Counted from the stretch's first letter, positions 1-14,000 are shown. The stretch is DNA of 64,000 nucleotides from Gnetum montanum (GCA_015680685.1 MNCI01001625.1:217448-281447), one strand, 5' to 3'. Program-made: numbers and translations. The notes: generated by a model not told the origin, from the sequence alone.

Positions 1-1735
1 GACATATGCTGGGTCTTTGCTGGCCTCCACAGCATCTTGGATGCTTCGGACCTGGGCGAAGGCCTGATGTATATTGCCGGGGGAAAGATAATACAGCTTA
101 GACTTAATAAAGTCGTTGACTGCTCCCTTGAATATAGCCAGTAGATGGGTGTCCACGATCAGGTCGCGGATCTCATTCAAGGTAGCATTCCAACGCTGTA
201 TAAACTTTTGGACTAGCTAGAGCGGGTCTTGTTTCACCCCCATAAGATGTTCCAATGTGACTTCCAGCTTCAGGTTGTATTTGAAATGGGTCACAAATTG
301 AATCAGCAGCTCTTCCAAGGTTGAAATGGAAGAGCGTGGGAGAGCTCTATACCAGTCTAAAGCCTTTCCTGTTAATGACATCGCGAAGACTCAGATTAAA
401 GTGTGCAACCACTGTTGTAACAACAAAGATTCAGATCTGAAGGTGGCTAGATGGGTGTTGGGATCCCCCTCTTCATTATACTTGGTAAAATGAGGGAGGA
501 ACATCCCTGGTGGCAACGACAGCACAGGGACCGCTGGATTGATCGGATCATCCTGATAGAAGTCCATGATCTGAATGGTATCAGATCCAGCGGTCTTGAG
601 GTGTCAAACCTCCTCAGTAAGCGTTTGGATAAGCTGGAAAGCTTGGTCTAGACCTGTTAACAGAGGTGTCTGTGCAGCAGGCACAGGAGGTTAGACCTGG
701 AGGGCGACGCCAGGAAACGGAAACAACGGAAGAGGCTGGCTGGCTGCTGGTTGGGCGAGGATCCCTGCAGGCGGAGGGGCCTGTGAAGACCACCACCTAC
801 TGGTTTGGGCAGAGGGGTTGGCAGTTTCCTGCTGCACAAAATAGGAATAGGTATACTGCGGGATCCTCTGTGGAGCCTATGTTACCGGTGCAACCGGGGG
901 CTGCACGCCGTGCACCACAGACTGAGCATGTTGCACCGCTGGGTTGGCCCACTGACTTGCGGCAGGTTGCTGGATGTATGTTTGGTGCTGAGCGGTCGTG
1001 GGTATCTATTGAGTTTGTGGATGCGGAAGCGGCATGGTCTGAGCCGGGCGTGTTACAGATACGTTATGGGGTTGTATCTGCGGGATGAAATGGGGCGCGG
1101 TGGTTGCTAGGATCACCGCTGGGATACTAATTACGTGGTGCAGTAGTTGTGTCTACAACCCAGAAGGTTACATGTTGGCCTGTGGAAGGACAGGGATTTG
1201 CATCTGCGTAGTCATGGCTGAGTCCAGAGAGGCTGCCTCTCCGTTGAAAGGGAAGAACGGATTTACGTACGTGTGGGGCGTCAGAGTATGGAACGAATGT
1301 TCCGACAGGGCCGTGAATTCGTCCTCTGCCTCTTCCTCATGCTGGGGCTCCACCACAGGTTGTGAAGTCTAGCCTCTGGCTATGACCAACTGTGCGATAA
1401 GTTCGTGTTGGTGTTCGATCAAGGGGATTATGTTGTAGGCTGTCAGCTTAAAATCATAGCCCCCTCAGTGGAGCACCTCAAAGTTTCGCTTCGCCTCCAG
1501 CTCGGCTCGGCTAAGAGCCAGCCTCGCCTGGATCTTGACACATATGAAATTGTATTCTTCAGGGGTTATAACTGTGAAGATAGGTTCTTTCCCCTGAAGC
1601 CTCAATGAACAGCGCAATGGTCCCTGAGTTTCGGTTGCACCAGGAGCTGGTCCTGTGACCACCGTAGGATTCACAGGCGCGACACCCAGATCAGTAGTGC
1701 CCATGGTGGTGTTGTTTGAGTAAAAGGAATCCATT
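1..1735 (-). pseudogene. gag: Retrotransposon gag (disrupted)
   Basis: Minus translation VFAMSLTGKALDWYRALPRSSISTLEELLIQFVTHFKYNL...FIQRWNATLNEI is a Retrotrans_gag motif and is clearly homologous to 8120-8510. Confidence 0.88.
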
Positions 1736-2100
1736 GATCGCTGAAATCGAGAGTAACTGGTAATCAGATCTAAAAGAAAATGGTTGGCAACAAAAAGCAC
1801 AAAAAGGCTTTCTACCCTGTAGGATTTCANNNNNNNNNNNNNNNNNNNNNNNNNNNNNNNNNNNNNNNNNNNNNNNNNNNNNNNNNNNNNNNNNNNNNNN
1901 NNNNNNNNNNNNNNNNNNNNNNNNNNNNNNNNNNNNNNNNNNNNNNNNNNNNNNNNNNNNNNNNNNNNNNNNNNNNNNNNNNNNNNNNNNNNNNNNNNNN
2001 NNNNNNNNNNNNNNNNNNNNNNNNNNNNNNNNNNNNNNNNNNNNNNNNNNNNNNNNNNNNNNNNNNNNNNNNNNNNNNNNNNNNNNNNNNNNNNNNNNNN

Positions 2101-3171
2101 AAAATGGTCTAAACAGAAGTCCGATCTACCTCGTGGGCTAAAGCTGAGATGCAAGGCAGGCCAAGCTTTGACGTCTACCGATCAATTGTTTCTAATTGAT
2201 AGAGTCTTTTCAGTAGAGTGATTACTCCTGTCACTGGTGCTCAAAGCGAACTGTACTCTGCTTCGGCTGTAAGGTGATAATGTCAACGATTGCCGAAGCG
2301 CTGTTCTCTGTATCTCTGCTCCAAAGTGGTAAGTGCTCTGGTGCTCAAAAATATGCTTCTGCTTCTCTGATTTGCCAACCCCTGTATCTTTGTCAACTGA
2401 GGTACTTATAGGCCGCGACGCTTCGTAAAAAGGGCGCAACCCTGATGACGTGGGTCCCGGATATTGCGGGTCCTGTTGGCATGACCATTTTAAGTCAGAC
2501 TGTGACTACGCACAACACGCTCATTTGCGTGTTGTGCGTGTGAAGAGCAGGTACATGCTGAGCGCGCTTTAATTTCTTTCAGGTTGTATTACACTCATTC
2601 GCGTTGTATTGCGTGTATGAGCATAATCCGGTGTAAAAAACAATAAGCTCAAAATTGTTTTACGCTCACTACGCAGCTGCGCGTAACAAAGCGTAAATAA
2701 TGTGCAACTTACGCTCACTACGCANNNNNNNNNNNNNNNNNNNNNNNNNNNNNNNNNNNNNNNNNNNNNNNNNNNNNNNNNNNNNNNNNNNNNNNNNNNN
2801 NNNNNNNNNNNNNNNNNNNNNNNNNNNNNNNNNNNNNNNNNNNNNNNNNNNNNNNNNNNNNNNNNNNNNNNNNNNNNNNNNNNNNNNNNNNNNNNNNNNN
2901 NNNNNNNNNNNNNNNNNNNNNNNNNNNNNNNNNNNNNNNNNNNNNNNNNNNNNNNNNNNNNNNNNNNNNNNNNNNNNNNNNNNNNNNNNNNNNNNNNNNN
3001 NNNNGTTGTGCTTCTCTGGACTCTGCCTTCGACTATTTTGGAGCTTATTACGCTCATTACGCTGCCATGCGTGATAGAGCATAAACTTGTCCTTGAACAA
3101 AACTGATGCGCGCTCTCGCTTGAATTGCGAATCTTTGCCTGAGGCCGACTCGTAATTTTCACGGTGTTTCA
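2101..3171 (-). repeat. 5' LTR (partial; its inner end and the PBS probably lie in the 1830-2100 gap)
   Basis: TGAAACACC start; TACGC/GCGTA-rich repeats like the element A LTR; 13-bp perfect hairpin at 2508-2539. Confidence 0.75.
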
Positions 3172-5303
3172 ATAGCTATATGCAGAATACATTGCATGCA
3201 AGCACCAAGCAAGGAACTACCATCCCACAGAAGCGCAACATCAACAGGACTTGCAACAGGAGAGATACTATACATCGTTGAAGGGCAAAGGACGCCATAA
3301 TGCTCCACCCGTCTTAAGTGAAATTGAGGGTGGTGAACCTATTTCTGTAGGTTCTCCACAAAAAAATGTTCCCCATCCTAATGATGGTGAGGAGGTGGTG
3401 TATCAAAACCTTCACTCCATGATTTGAAATCCTATTTTTGATCCCCATGAACATCAAGTGCTCAATGAGGGAACATGAAGACATGATGGGGGTGAGCATT
3501 CTAATCATCATCACAATCGGAGTCAGGACCATCGAAGAGAAGGTAGGAAAATTTGTCATGGCAATGGTTCTCCTTCTTCTTCACGTTCATCATCAAATTC
3601 ACCCTCTCCTTCAATATTAAGATGTAGTCATAAGGAACCTAACCATGAGGATAAGGGTAAACAACATGAAAAACCTTGACGAGAGAGTCGAGAGCGAGGA
3701 CAAGGGAACTCTAGAGAATCAAGGCATGGAAGAAGGGAAAGTAGGAAATCACATAGACATCATAGATGCTATGATAGAAATGACCACGAAGAACCCCTAC
3801 TTGCAACCTGAGGCATGTTAGACATCACGAAGGCTGTTAGAATTCCTCCAAAGCACCAGAAAGATAGCAAGATCAAGAGATTGGATATGAATAATATCCC
3901 ACGATTTGAGGGGGGATACAACACTGATCCTCAGAACCATTTACAAGAATTTCATGATGCATGTGCCTTGAAAAACATAGAGAACGAGTGGCAAAAATTA
4001 AAGTTGTTCCTAAGGAAACTCATAAATGAAGCGAAAAGCTGGTACTGGTCCTTAGAACCAAAATCCATTTGAAGGTGGAGTACGATGCTAGAACTATTTA
4101 ATGATAAGTATCAAACATGCTCCCAGGTATCCAAATTGCAAAAGAAAATCCAAGGATGGAAGCAGGGAACTCATGAACCCTTGGATGTTGCCATGGGCCA
4201 ATACTATGCACTTTTACATCATTTCCTAGGCCATGGTTACTTGTAGCAAGATCAACTATTCCATCTCATAGATGGACTTAGGCATGAAACCAGGAGAACC
4301 CTTGGAATGTATGCCCAAGGGAGATTATTAGAGCTTAGGTCACATCAGGTCCATAGATTGTTGGAACAAGTAGCTAAGGAAGAAGGAGAGCTATGTAAGA
4401 GAGAATGTACGAAAGAGTACAAGCATGATCCTTCCCTCTGAAAAAGGAAGGTAAGGTTCTATGAGGAGGAGGATGAGTCACCACTCGAAGAGTTGGTGAA
4501 TAGAAAAACCTTGCTACTTCAAAAAATAACAATAGAAGTGTCACCAAAGGTAGATCAAATGTGGGACTCCTTAGATAGTAGATTTGAAACCATCCTTAAA
4601 ATTGTAGAGGAGTCTATGGAGCAAAGTAGTGACTATGACAAAAAGAAAAAGAGGGATTTGGACCATGAACATAACAAAGATAAGGGTAAAATGGCTATCA
4701 CCAAAGAGGTTGTGGATTTTGATACAAACAATGATGGTGGATGTGAGATATGCCAGTATGACCATCCTAAGCGATGTTTCCCATTAATCTCACATCTGCA
4801 AGAGTCTAGGGTGTATGCACTTAACCCATGACTTAACAAAGAACAAGCACCCCAAAGGTTACCTTATCCCCAAGGTAACCCAAGGTAGTTTCACCAACCA
4901 TTAACATATTATCCAAGTGGAACTCCACCACAACCTATTCAGCAACAGCAGCAGTGGAAATACCCATAGTCATGGCGGATGCCACCGCCAAGTCAAAAAT
5001 ATCCTTATCGCCAAGTCAAAAATATCCTTATCGCCAATTCGATCCATATGGCTACTACGTGCAGTAGCCAATCTCTCCACATGACTCTATTGGTCATGTG
5101 ACTCCACAATGTCACTACTAAGCTTGGGAGTATTATAGGACTCCTTCTGCTAGGAGAGACACACCACACGCATACCATTCTCCAAATCCATCCACAACTC
5201 TCACACCGATAGCTCTGTTACCACCCGCTCTAGTAGTGCAAGGGGAACTCCCCACTCAACCGCAACAATGTAATGCTATGAGAGCTATAACCCTTCAACC
5301 CAC
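3172..5303 (+). pseudogene. gag: Athila-type gag (disrupted)
   Basis: IPRFEGGYNTDPQNHLQEFHDAC...KLKLFLRKLINEAKSWYWSLEPKSI*RWSTMLELFNDKY resembles Athila gag; homologous to 56800-58890 on the minus strand. Confidence 0.85.
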
Positions 5304-6541
5304 TGAAACATCATGAAATTTGAAGACCTCGATGATTCAACAACGTCTCGAGGCTTAGGTAATGATTTTCAACAAGTGGCACATCTCAACAACTTTTCTT
5401 TTTTTGGCTAAGGGTCTGCTATGCTACACTACACAACGTAGCATAATAGACTCCAGAAAATAGAATAGAACAAGGGATGCACAGTGGAAACACTTCAACT
5501 TTGCAAATTAGCCATGTTCAAAAATATTAACCTTTGTCGTACTATGTCATGTTACACTACGTAGCGTAAAGCAAGTAGCGTAGTGGACTTATCCACAGCA
5601 ACAAAGATAACAAAATTTAGTTAGTAGTAGTCACTACACCACGATACGCTTATCACAATGTAGTTGGCGGATAGTTTGTTCAATGCAAAAGACAAGGCCA
5701 AATGAACTATCTTCTTGAAGGATGGTTACGCTATACTATGCTTCAAAGCGTAATGCAGCGTAACACCACAAGCTTCAACTATAGAACATCAAGTCAACAA
5801 CATTTTGTGGTCCTAGGACACGTGTCATCTAAATCATGTTTTTCTCCTAACCCTAATCTTATAAATTTTCCAGTTAACAACGATCAAAGGGTTGACAATG
5901 GTTGGCAATTTTGAACATTGTTGGCAAGAAATTGGCGAGATGACGAGAGAGTTGGAAATAGAAGAGCATCGACAGTGACAGAGAGAAGCTTTTGGGTCAA
6001 ATATTTGAAGTTAGCAAAAATCTTGCTTCAAGCCTAAGTCCCTTGCACCCAGATTGGCTAGTGAACAAGGTAGATTGACCTTTGCTTGTTTCATCTCTGA
6101 ATAACTTATTGTTCTTGGCATGCACTTCGTCTACACCGAAGTCCTCTTGCAACCATTGTATTCAACATATTTGTCTATAAGTTCAATCCTAGATTTCGGG
6201 AAAACACATTCTCCAGAATTCAAGTTGTCACATTTTATTTACATTGATTTTACCATCATTTTGCATCATTTGCATCATTATCACTACCTTCAAGATTTGA
6301 TCTTGGAGCAGATCTCATTTTCTGGTCAACCAATATTATACCCTCACATTGAAATCATCATCTTGTGATCCGATCATTGCAAAACTTACTAATTAATTAA
6401 GTCCTTGTTTGATAGACAAGACCATTCAGGGCCCCTCAGATTCATTTTCTCTAGCACGGCCCTCACATGGATCCGAGGTTGGAACTGTGTACATGGAAAT
6501 CTGCTTGGTGTTTCTAGCAACCGATGTTTTCCATCGTTACA
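5304..6541 (+). repeat. 5' LTR of element A
   Basis: TGAAACA...ATCGTTACA; direct repeat of 20694-21949 (13 mismatches in the first ~117 bp, counted by eye). Confidence 0.95.
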
Positions 6542-6547
6542 ATTTTC

Positions 6548-6570
6548 TAGAGTTAGAAGGAGGGCTTGAA
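6548..6570 (+). other. Primer binding site, tRNA-Asn type
   Basis: TAGAGTTAGAAGGAGGGCTTGAA just after the LTR is a decayed TGGCGCTAGAAGGAGGGCTCGAA, the complement of the plant tRNA-Asn(GTT) 3' end. Confidence 0.8.
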
Positions 6571-6795
6571 GGTCCGATCTACATTTCACAGGTAGTCCTA
6601 TAAGCTTTCTGTACCCATTTTTGAATGATGTAAATGTAATACCTCGGTGGTTGTTTATGTTATCGTGAGGTACAGATCGGTCACTTCAATGATTCCTCTG
6701 GAATCCTGTAGGATAGAAATCCGACTTTTACCTTAGCTTGTGTTTTCCCTTCTGATATTTATTCTTCTTATCATTACCCTCTAGCTGCATAGAGA

Positions 6796-9700
6796 ATGGC
6801 TGCATCAACCATCATTGTTGACACCGCTAGCCTCAAAAATCCCTGGATGGTGCAGGTTATGCCTGCTGTTGTCGAACCACCGACTAGTCTTGTGTGGCTA
6901 CGCCAGTTCCTTAGGATTCAAAATAAAGAGCCAGAGGGACATGCTTAGCATAGAGAACATTACAAATTTCTCTATGCCAAACTTATGGAAAATCTACCCA
7001 TGTACCCATAGGAAATCAAAGTGAAAAGCAAATGCAAGTTCATCTACTGTAATGGGAAGGAATTCGTCCCTTCGCCTAATGCTTCCATACCTCTGATGGA
7101 CTAGAAATAGTGGATGTTGGACCAGATGTTAATGGCTAGGGCATTAGTGGAACAACGAGATGAGATGTTCTACGATGAAGCATCCCACAATGGGCAGGAA
7201 GACTTAGATTCCCACTCTGAGGGAGGTAGTCACGCTAGCTTTGTCGTGGCCCCTCCCTCCACAATGTCCCACGTAAATCCATTGTTCATGATCACTATGC
7301 CATTATCATTGACTACCACTGACCATGTGGCGCATAACATCCAACAACATTTCTTCTCTCTAACTACCCTCTGGGTGGTATTCCTTCACAGACCTTTCCT
7401 CCGCAGTCACAGTTAGCCAATCCATCTCATTGTATACCTACGCCTACGTCACCGTATGTGCACGTAGTGCCTACTTCGCAATTACACGCAGCTCCTACAT
7501 TCATTCTAGCTTACAGAACAGGACCTTCCACTAGCACATGCTGGGCCCCAAATACATCATCCCTTGTTGCACATCCTACGAAGATGTCCCAAATGCACCA
7601 TCATCAACACAAAGTCTTGCAGATGATAAATCTGACTGCAGGGTCATTGTCTATGCCCCTGGCTACGCAAACAGTGTACCCCATGGCATAATCGATGGTT
7701 CTCACCCTGCATACACCACCGAGAGGGTGGTGGATGCCACAAGAAGCACTACCTATAGGGAAAATTCTGATAGCATCACACATCGGTTAAGCTACTACCC
7801 CTTTCTCGCCACCCAGCATGGCTCCCCCTATTATTGCACGACCAACCTCTTCATCCACGGGTCTGGATCAAGCCTTCCAACTTATTCAAACCCTTACCGA
7901 GAAGGTTAAATGCCTCAAGGCTGTCAGTTCTGACACAATACAGGTCATGGATTTTTTCCATGATGATCCTATCAATCTAAAAGTACCTATTTTGTCATTA
8001 CCCCCTAGGATGCCACTTCCCCATTTACAAAATACAATGGGAAAGGTGATCAAAATGCCCATTTAGTTACCTTTAGGTCAAAGTCATTATTGCTGCAACA
8101 GTGGCCACATACCATCATCCATGTCTTTGCTATGTCCTTAATGGGTAAAGCTTTAGACTAGTATCATGCACTTCCACACTCTTCCATTTCAACCTTGGAA
8201 GACTTGTTAACTCAGTTCGTGACTCATTTCAAATAAAACCTAAAACCAGAGGTCACGCTGGATCAGCTTATGGAAGTCAAAAAAGATCCACTCGAGCCAG
8301 TCCAAAAGTTTATATAGCGGTGGAGTACAACCTTAAATGAAATCCGTGAACCCATCATGGAGGCCCATCTATTGGCAATCTTCAAGAGAGTAGTCAATGA
8401 CTTCATTAAGTCCAAATAGTATTACCTTGCTCCCCACTCCCTCAGCCAAGCCTTCGCTCAAACTAAGAGCATTCAAGATGCGACAAAGGCTAGCAAATAC
8501 CTAGTGTATGCGGTCTACAAAAATGCCCACAACAAGAGCAAAGAAAAAGGCAAAGCTATAAAAATGATAGTAGTAGCTATTGCCAAAGGGGCCAAGAAGA
8601 AAAATAATAATAAGAAGGTATCTACGGTGCCTGCTGAGGCCACAACTAGCTCAAATAGTGCCAATCAAGAAACAACGCCTGCCTCTGAGGCATCCCCACA
8701 GTTGAAACCTAATTTTGAGCATAAATATCACTTAAAATACATGGCTCTACCTATAAATCCTTCAGAACTTCTAAAGAAATTGTTGGGAACTGTTCACATC
8801 CAACATAAGAAGGTGTCCGAAGAGGATCTAAAACACCATAGACGACATTGTGGGCTACTTAAGAACCCCTCCTTGACCCTGCGAAATGAACCGCTAGCTC
8901 CCAAAAACTTTAGGTTGGACCATTTCTGTGATTACCACCAACTATGTGATCATGACATAGATTACTACTAGGCATTGAAATATGACATTCAATGCATGAA
9001 TGATGAAGGTAAACTAATCCTAGACAGTAGTAGTCTGGTCCATCTAGAAAACTAGTCCATGCATGTGTACTAAGACTCGTTAAATACAAATAATGCAGGG
9101 CACACTATCAACGTAGTGGGTACAGAGGGTAATGTATAGGTATAGCCAAAGTAACCATTTGTGTTATGTGTAACTCTTCATCCTCCTCAGATGATAAGCC
9201 CATCAGCATCGATGGGTATGGCTCAGCGACAACCTTTTGTCCTTCGAGTCTTGTCTTAGACCTTCATTCCATAGCCCACTATCAATAAAGTCGCGGCCCA
9301 GCCTATGCCCACACCTATGACACCCTTTGTTATTAGGATGCCAAAGCCATCAGTTTCTCTTGCTACATAGGGGAAAATCTGTAAGTAAACACCCAAATCA
9401 CAACCTACGCTTGGGTTCGCTAAGGGTGTATGATAGGTAATACAGCCAAGGATCTCCTTACGCTTGGGTTCGCTAAGCCTATGCCTCTCACCTTGATGCT
9501 CTTGGCCCCTGCTTCCTTTGAAAAGGAGGATGTTACGCAGGTGCGACCATCTTCTCACTGTTCAAGAAAATGAAATCCTCAACTAGAAACCATTCCTCCC
9601 CGAGAGATTTGTCTCCCGAGAAGAATGGAAGAAGAGAGGAGTAGCAAATAATCTAATCATGGGCATGATCTCCTCAATGCTTTTACGCAAGTTAAGAAAG

Positions 9701-10359
9701 CTCTTAAATAAAAAAATACAACATTGAGCCTCTATGACTTGTTGATGACATCACAAAAGCATTGTGAAGCCATGGTTCACATGTTAGCATCCATACCTGT
9801 GGACGAGAGCTTGCCAGTAGAGGAAGAGGCAATCCATTCGATTATGCTTCCTTCCACTGCTGAACAACCACAGTCTCCCGAATTGACATTTCATGACGAA
9901 TCCATTAAGGATGACCCAGAAAAGGGTCAGGTGACAACAACTTCCATGTTCATCACTATCTGGGTTAGCCAATACGTAATCTGGAAAGTACACATAGATG
10001 ATGGGGCCACTGCTAATGTCATTCCATATCCCATAGTGGATAAATTGGGCTTGATCGACCAGATCAATCCCACAACAACTTCATGCTTGAATTCATTTAA
10101 CGAGGCATGAGTGCAAGTCAAGGGAATGGTACACATCAACTTTGTAGAGGGGGATCAATTCCCCACAGATGTAGTATTTATCATCGTCAAGGAGATGCCC
10201 AGTTTCAACCTAATCATAGGGAGGTCTTGGTTAGCCCAATTAAGGGAAGGCTCATCACCCATTCATCAAGAGAACCACTTGCCCTATCCAAAGGGGGAAG
10301 TGATCATCCATGGTGATAAGATGACCCCTCAAGCAGTTAACAATGTTGAAATGGAATAG
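6796..10359 (+). pseudogene. gag-pro: gag and aspartic protease of element A (many stops and frameshifts)
   Basis: Gag core VFAMSLMGKALD*YHALPHSSISTLEDLLTQF (8120-8230); Zn-knuckle-like FCDYHQLCDH (~8920); protease KVHIDDGATANVIP (~9985) and FNLIIGRSWL. Start coordinate approximate. Confidence 0.88.
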
Positions 10360-11029
10360 GGTTTGGATATTGAAATCCTTGAAGATTAGACTCTTGTCCT
10401 AATAGTTGGATAGGCCAACACAGTGGCCAACGAAAGGCTAGGTTAGGTTGAACTACCCTTCCAACGAGAAGATGGTAGCGTAGAGGAATGCTGTAATAAG
10501 CCTCCTCATCCATACGCATCGCCAAATATAAAAACGATCAAGAAACAGCTACAGAGCTAGCAAATGAACATGTTAGCATGACATGTTATATCAGTCTGAA
10601 TTGTTTACTATTACGCAATTTATGCTCTTTCTTGTCACATTATTCTTGTTACGCTTTTTCATACGCATCTTGGCCCGAAATGGCCTTAAACTAGTTACGG
10701 CCTGCTACGACATAAAACTAGTAATACTGTTTATTCCTTTTCATATGCATCCTGGCCTGAAATGACCTTAAACTTGTTACGGCCTGCTATGGCCTAAAAC
10801 TAGAAATTTTGTTTATTCTTTTATGCTTACGATGGCCTAGCTTGAAATGGCCTTAAACTATTAATGGCTAGTAGTGGCCTAAAATGTGTAACCTTTCTAA
10901 CGATACATTTNNNNNNNNNNNNNNNNNNNNNNNNNNNNNNNNNNNNNNNNNNNNNNNNNNNNNNNNNNNNNNNNNNNNNNNNNNNNNNNNNNNNNNNNNN
11001 NNNNNNNNNNNNNNNNNNNNNNNNNNNTC

Positions 11030-14000
11030 TAGGATGACTAACAAACTTCGCATGATCTCGTCCTTAGTGAGCTCGGCCCAAATGATGTATCATAGATCAA
11101 CTCCAGCCTTTACCTTCCCTTTTTCCATGGGAGTCCACCATGGTGGTTCAGGAAAGAAGGAAGGGACAATAGTCTCCCCGCCAAGGAGGGTTATCTCTCT
11201 CTCAGGGGAAGCACTTACTATCACTTGCTCCTAAAACTTTTCATACGCTCTAGAAGCATCGATGACATCAAGGAATAGCCAGAGGGACTACGCTTCAACG
11301 CAGAATCCTTGTAATGTTGGCGGTAGGTAGCACATTCTCATTTATACATGTGCTTATGGTCTTTCTATGCCTACCCCCATTCCTAGACTCTTGTGCTAAA
11401 ATCATTCCAGTCTTGGTTCTTCTGGGCTAGGAGATCCATTTGCATCCGCTACTCGATGAGCTCATGATTGGCTTGGACATTGTTCCTGATGACCATCCAA
11501 TAACGGGCATAGTCAACCATAGCTATCCAACAATTCTCGTCATTGGTTTCTTGAGCTTGTAGAAATTTGTTCCGAGACTCAAGGTCCCCAACCTTAGCTG
11601 TTAGGGCCATTTTCTCCTTTTCTTTTTTCTGCAGCCTCTTCCAAAGATCTTTTTTGACGTTCTGACACTCTCATAAAGAACGGGCCAAGCGTAAGGCACA
11701 TTTATGCATCTCATCGTAAAGGCTATGTGGCACTTTAATCACTTTAGGTGAGGGTTTAGGGATAGTGTCTATGTCAATGAGCTTGTTGGGATCCCATCTG
11801 AGGCGAGATCCCATAACATAAAAAATAACAGTTAACAGAATAACATAATGTTGCACTTTCAACGATTCTTATGTAACAACAGTGATCTACCGATTTTAGG
11901 ATCGATTCACTCTAAGCAACTAACCATATCATTCACAATGCCTCCATAAAAGTGAATTTGTCAGGAGTCTCACCCCAATGCTGAGTTGGGGTTACTGACA
12001 AAGGTACACCACTGTTACCAGAAGTGCCTATTACGCAAACAAAACAGGTTAAACATAGCATGGTAGACAAAGCCAACTGAGACGTTACAACAATGCAAAG
12101 CTCCAATTCAAAAAACCCCCAGGGATAATAGTGGGAGGATTGCCCTCCGAGGAAAAGGTTAAACTTACAAGCGACACATCGCTCCTCCTTTTCTAGCTCA
12201 TCTAAAAGGATCTTGGCATCCTCTAGACCTATCTCTCCTTCAAGCATAGGAACTTGTGTGCTACCTATGTTATTAATCGAAGCCTCCTTTTCCAGAACTG
12301 GGGCCCCTTCACCATGCTATAAAACTATGGCCCCTTTTTTAGGGGTCAATTCCTCTACATCTTTCCCTTTTTCTATCAAACAACATAGTTAATCAAAACA
12401 AAATTTTATTTACTCTTTACAAGTGCTATGCGATGCAATGACATCTATACGTAGTGTAATATGCATAAACTAATCACACATTCTTCTACTTACTAGCCAA
12501 AGGAGCATTCCTATGGAACTTAATTCGTAATTTCCTTCCCTCTTCACCAGTCGGGCCAGAGGACTCCACAGCCAGATGATGCTTTTTTTTTGCTAAACTG
12601 ATGAATTCACTATTTTTTCTACCAAGAATTTCACCCTCCATGCACTGCCGATGTAAGAAGGGGATGCCCCACCTACGTTATCTTGTTCTCGCACATGAGG
12701 TGCGACCAGATCCTTAGTCGTTAGTGAAAAAAACTCTCTGATGCCTTCAGAAGGATCTTGGGATCGGACGGTGTGGAAGACCTGAGAAATCCACAGTTTT
12801 GAAATCTGGTTACAGTCTTGCTGCACCTAGACTCCATCCCTATGAACCACCAAGAATTTAGCAAAACACCAAAAGCAAGCTATGAAAAAGGCAAAATTCA
12901 TGTTAAAACAAGACTTACGCTTCTTGCGAAGCTTGACCATTTCAGCTTGCAGACCTTCAACAAGGTAACTAGACTAATTATACCATGTCCCCTCTTCCAT
13001 AACCTCCCACATGATCCAAGCCTGCTCTATTCCAAGGATTCTTCCTTGGGAGAGTAGTTTGGGGAAGGTACGCACTTAGAAGAGGGGGTAAATGATATTA
13101 GCCACCTCTAGCTTGATTTTATCAGCAAGGGTGCCTTTTGGTTTCATTTTAAGCCCTAGCCACTCCTCTATGTCCTTCTGATCCTTAGAAACTCTCTTTA
13201 ACCTTTCTTCCAATGGAATACCATCAAAAGGAATGCCAAAAATGTCAGCAAACAGTCAAAAATTAATATCAAAACTCAGACGCATGTTACGCATACGCAT
13301 GTGAAGACGCTCAGCTTATTCGGTAAAGGAGTCGACTAAGGTTAACATTTTAGCTGCTATGACATCGGGGGTTACAACTAGGAATAGCTCCATCAGTCGA
13401 GATTCTTCGAGGTTATTGGTTATGATAGCTGGGGCCACTCCATGGCAAAGCCAACATTGTGCTTCTTCCATGTCGCCATAATGGAAAAAGAGACTGCTCG
13501 TCTCATGCCCAGAGGCTATCACCATGACCTCTCGTGATTCCCTAAATATGAAAATAAAACAATAGTTTAGACAAAATAGCAAAATAATAAAATATTGTAC
13601 ACTATTCCCACTTCTTAAGGTCATAAAGTTGATCATCGTAGCATAGCTTATAGCGTCCAAAGGGCAAAGGAAATGTTGGGATTTTCTCTTGTACATCGTC
13701 AACTGTGATAGGACGATCCAAAGTCCACTCCTTATCCAGCCATCTAGAGTCTCTACACTTGGCAAAGAATCTAGCATAACAGATAGGGTAGTGTTGGATT
13801 TCAAATCCTAATTGTCCTAGGAAACTAGCACGCACATTGCTGATGGAAGTGAATTCCTTTATGGTCGTTTCGGCCATAGATAACATATCTGTATCACCTT
13901 AGAGACCATTAGCATCAATAAAAAGACTACATCATATAATGCAGATAATTGTTTATACTTGACGCAAAATCAAATAATAGTTAGCACATTAGAACATCTT

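Larger units (their letters stand above)
1..3171 (-). mobile_element. 5' part (LTR + gag) of a Tat-clade Ty3/Gypsy element, inverted, running off the left edge
   Basis: Minus strand begins TGAAACACC at 3171, the same terminus as the other Tat LTRs here (5304, 20694, 34695, 50392, 55059). Gag follows downstream. Sequence right of 3171 resumes Athila-like gag. CpG-rich, so comparatively young. Confidence 0.85.

Noticed and set aside
1465-3172. Long ORFs spanning N runs (also 10868-11234 and 49266-49787)
   Set aside because: Artefacts of assembly gaps at 1830-2100, 2725-3004, 10911-11027 and 49365-49669.
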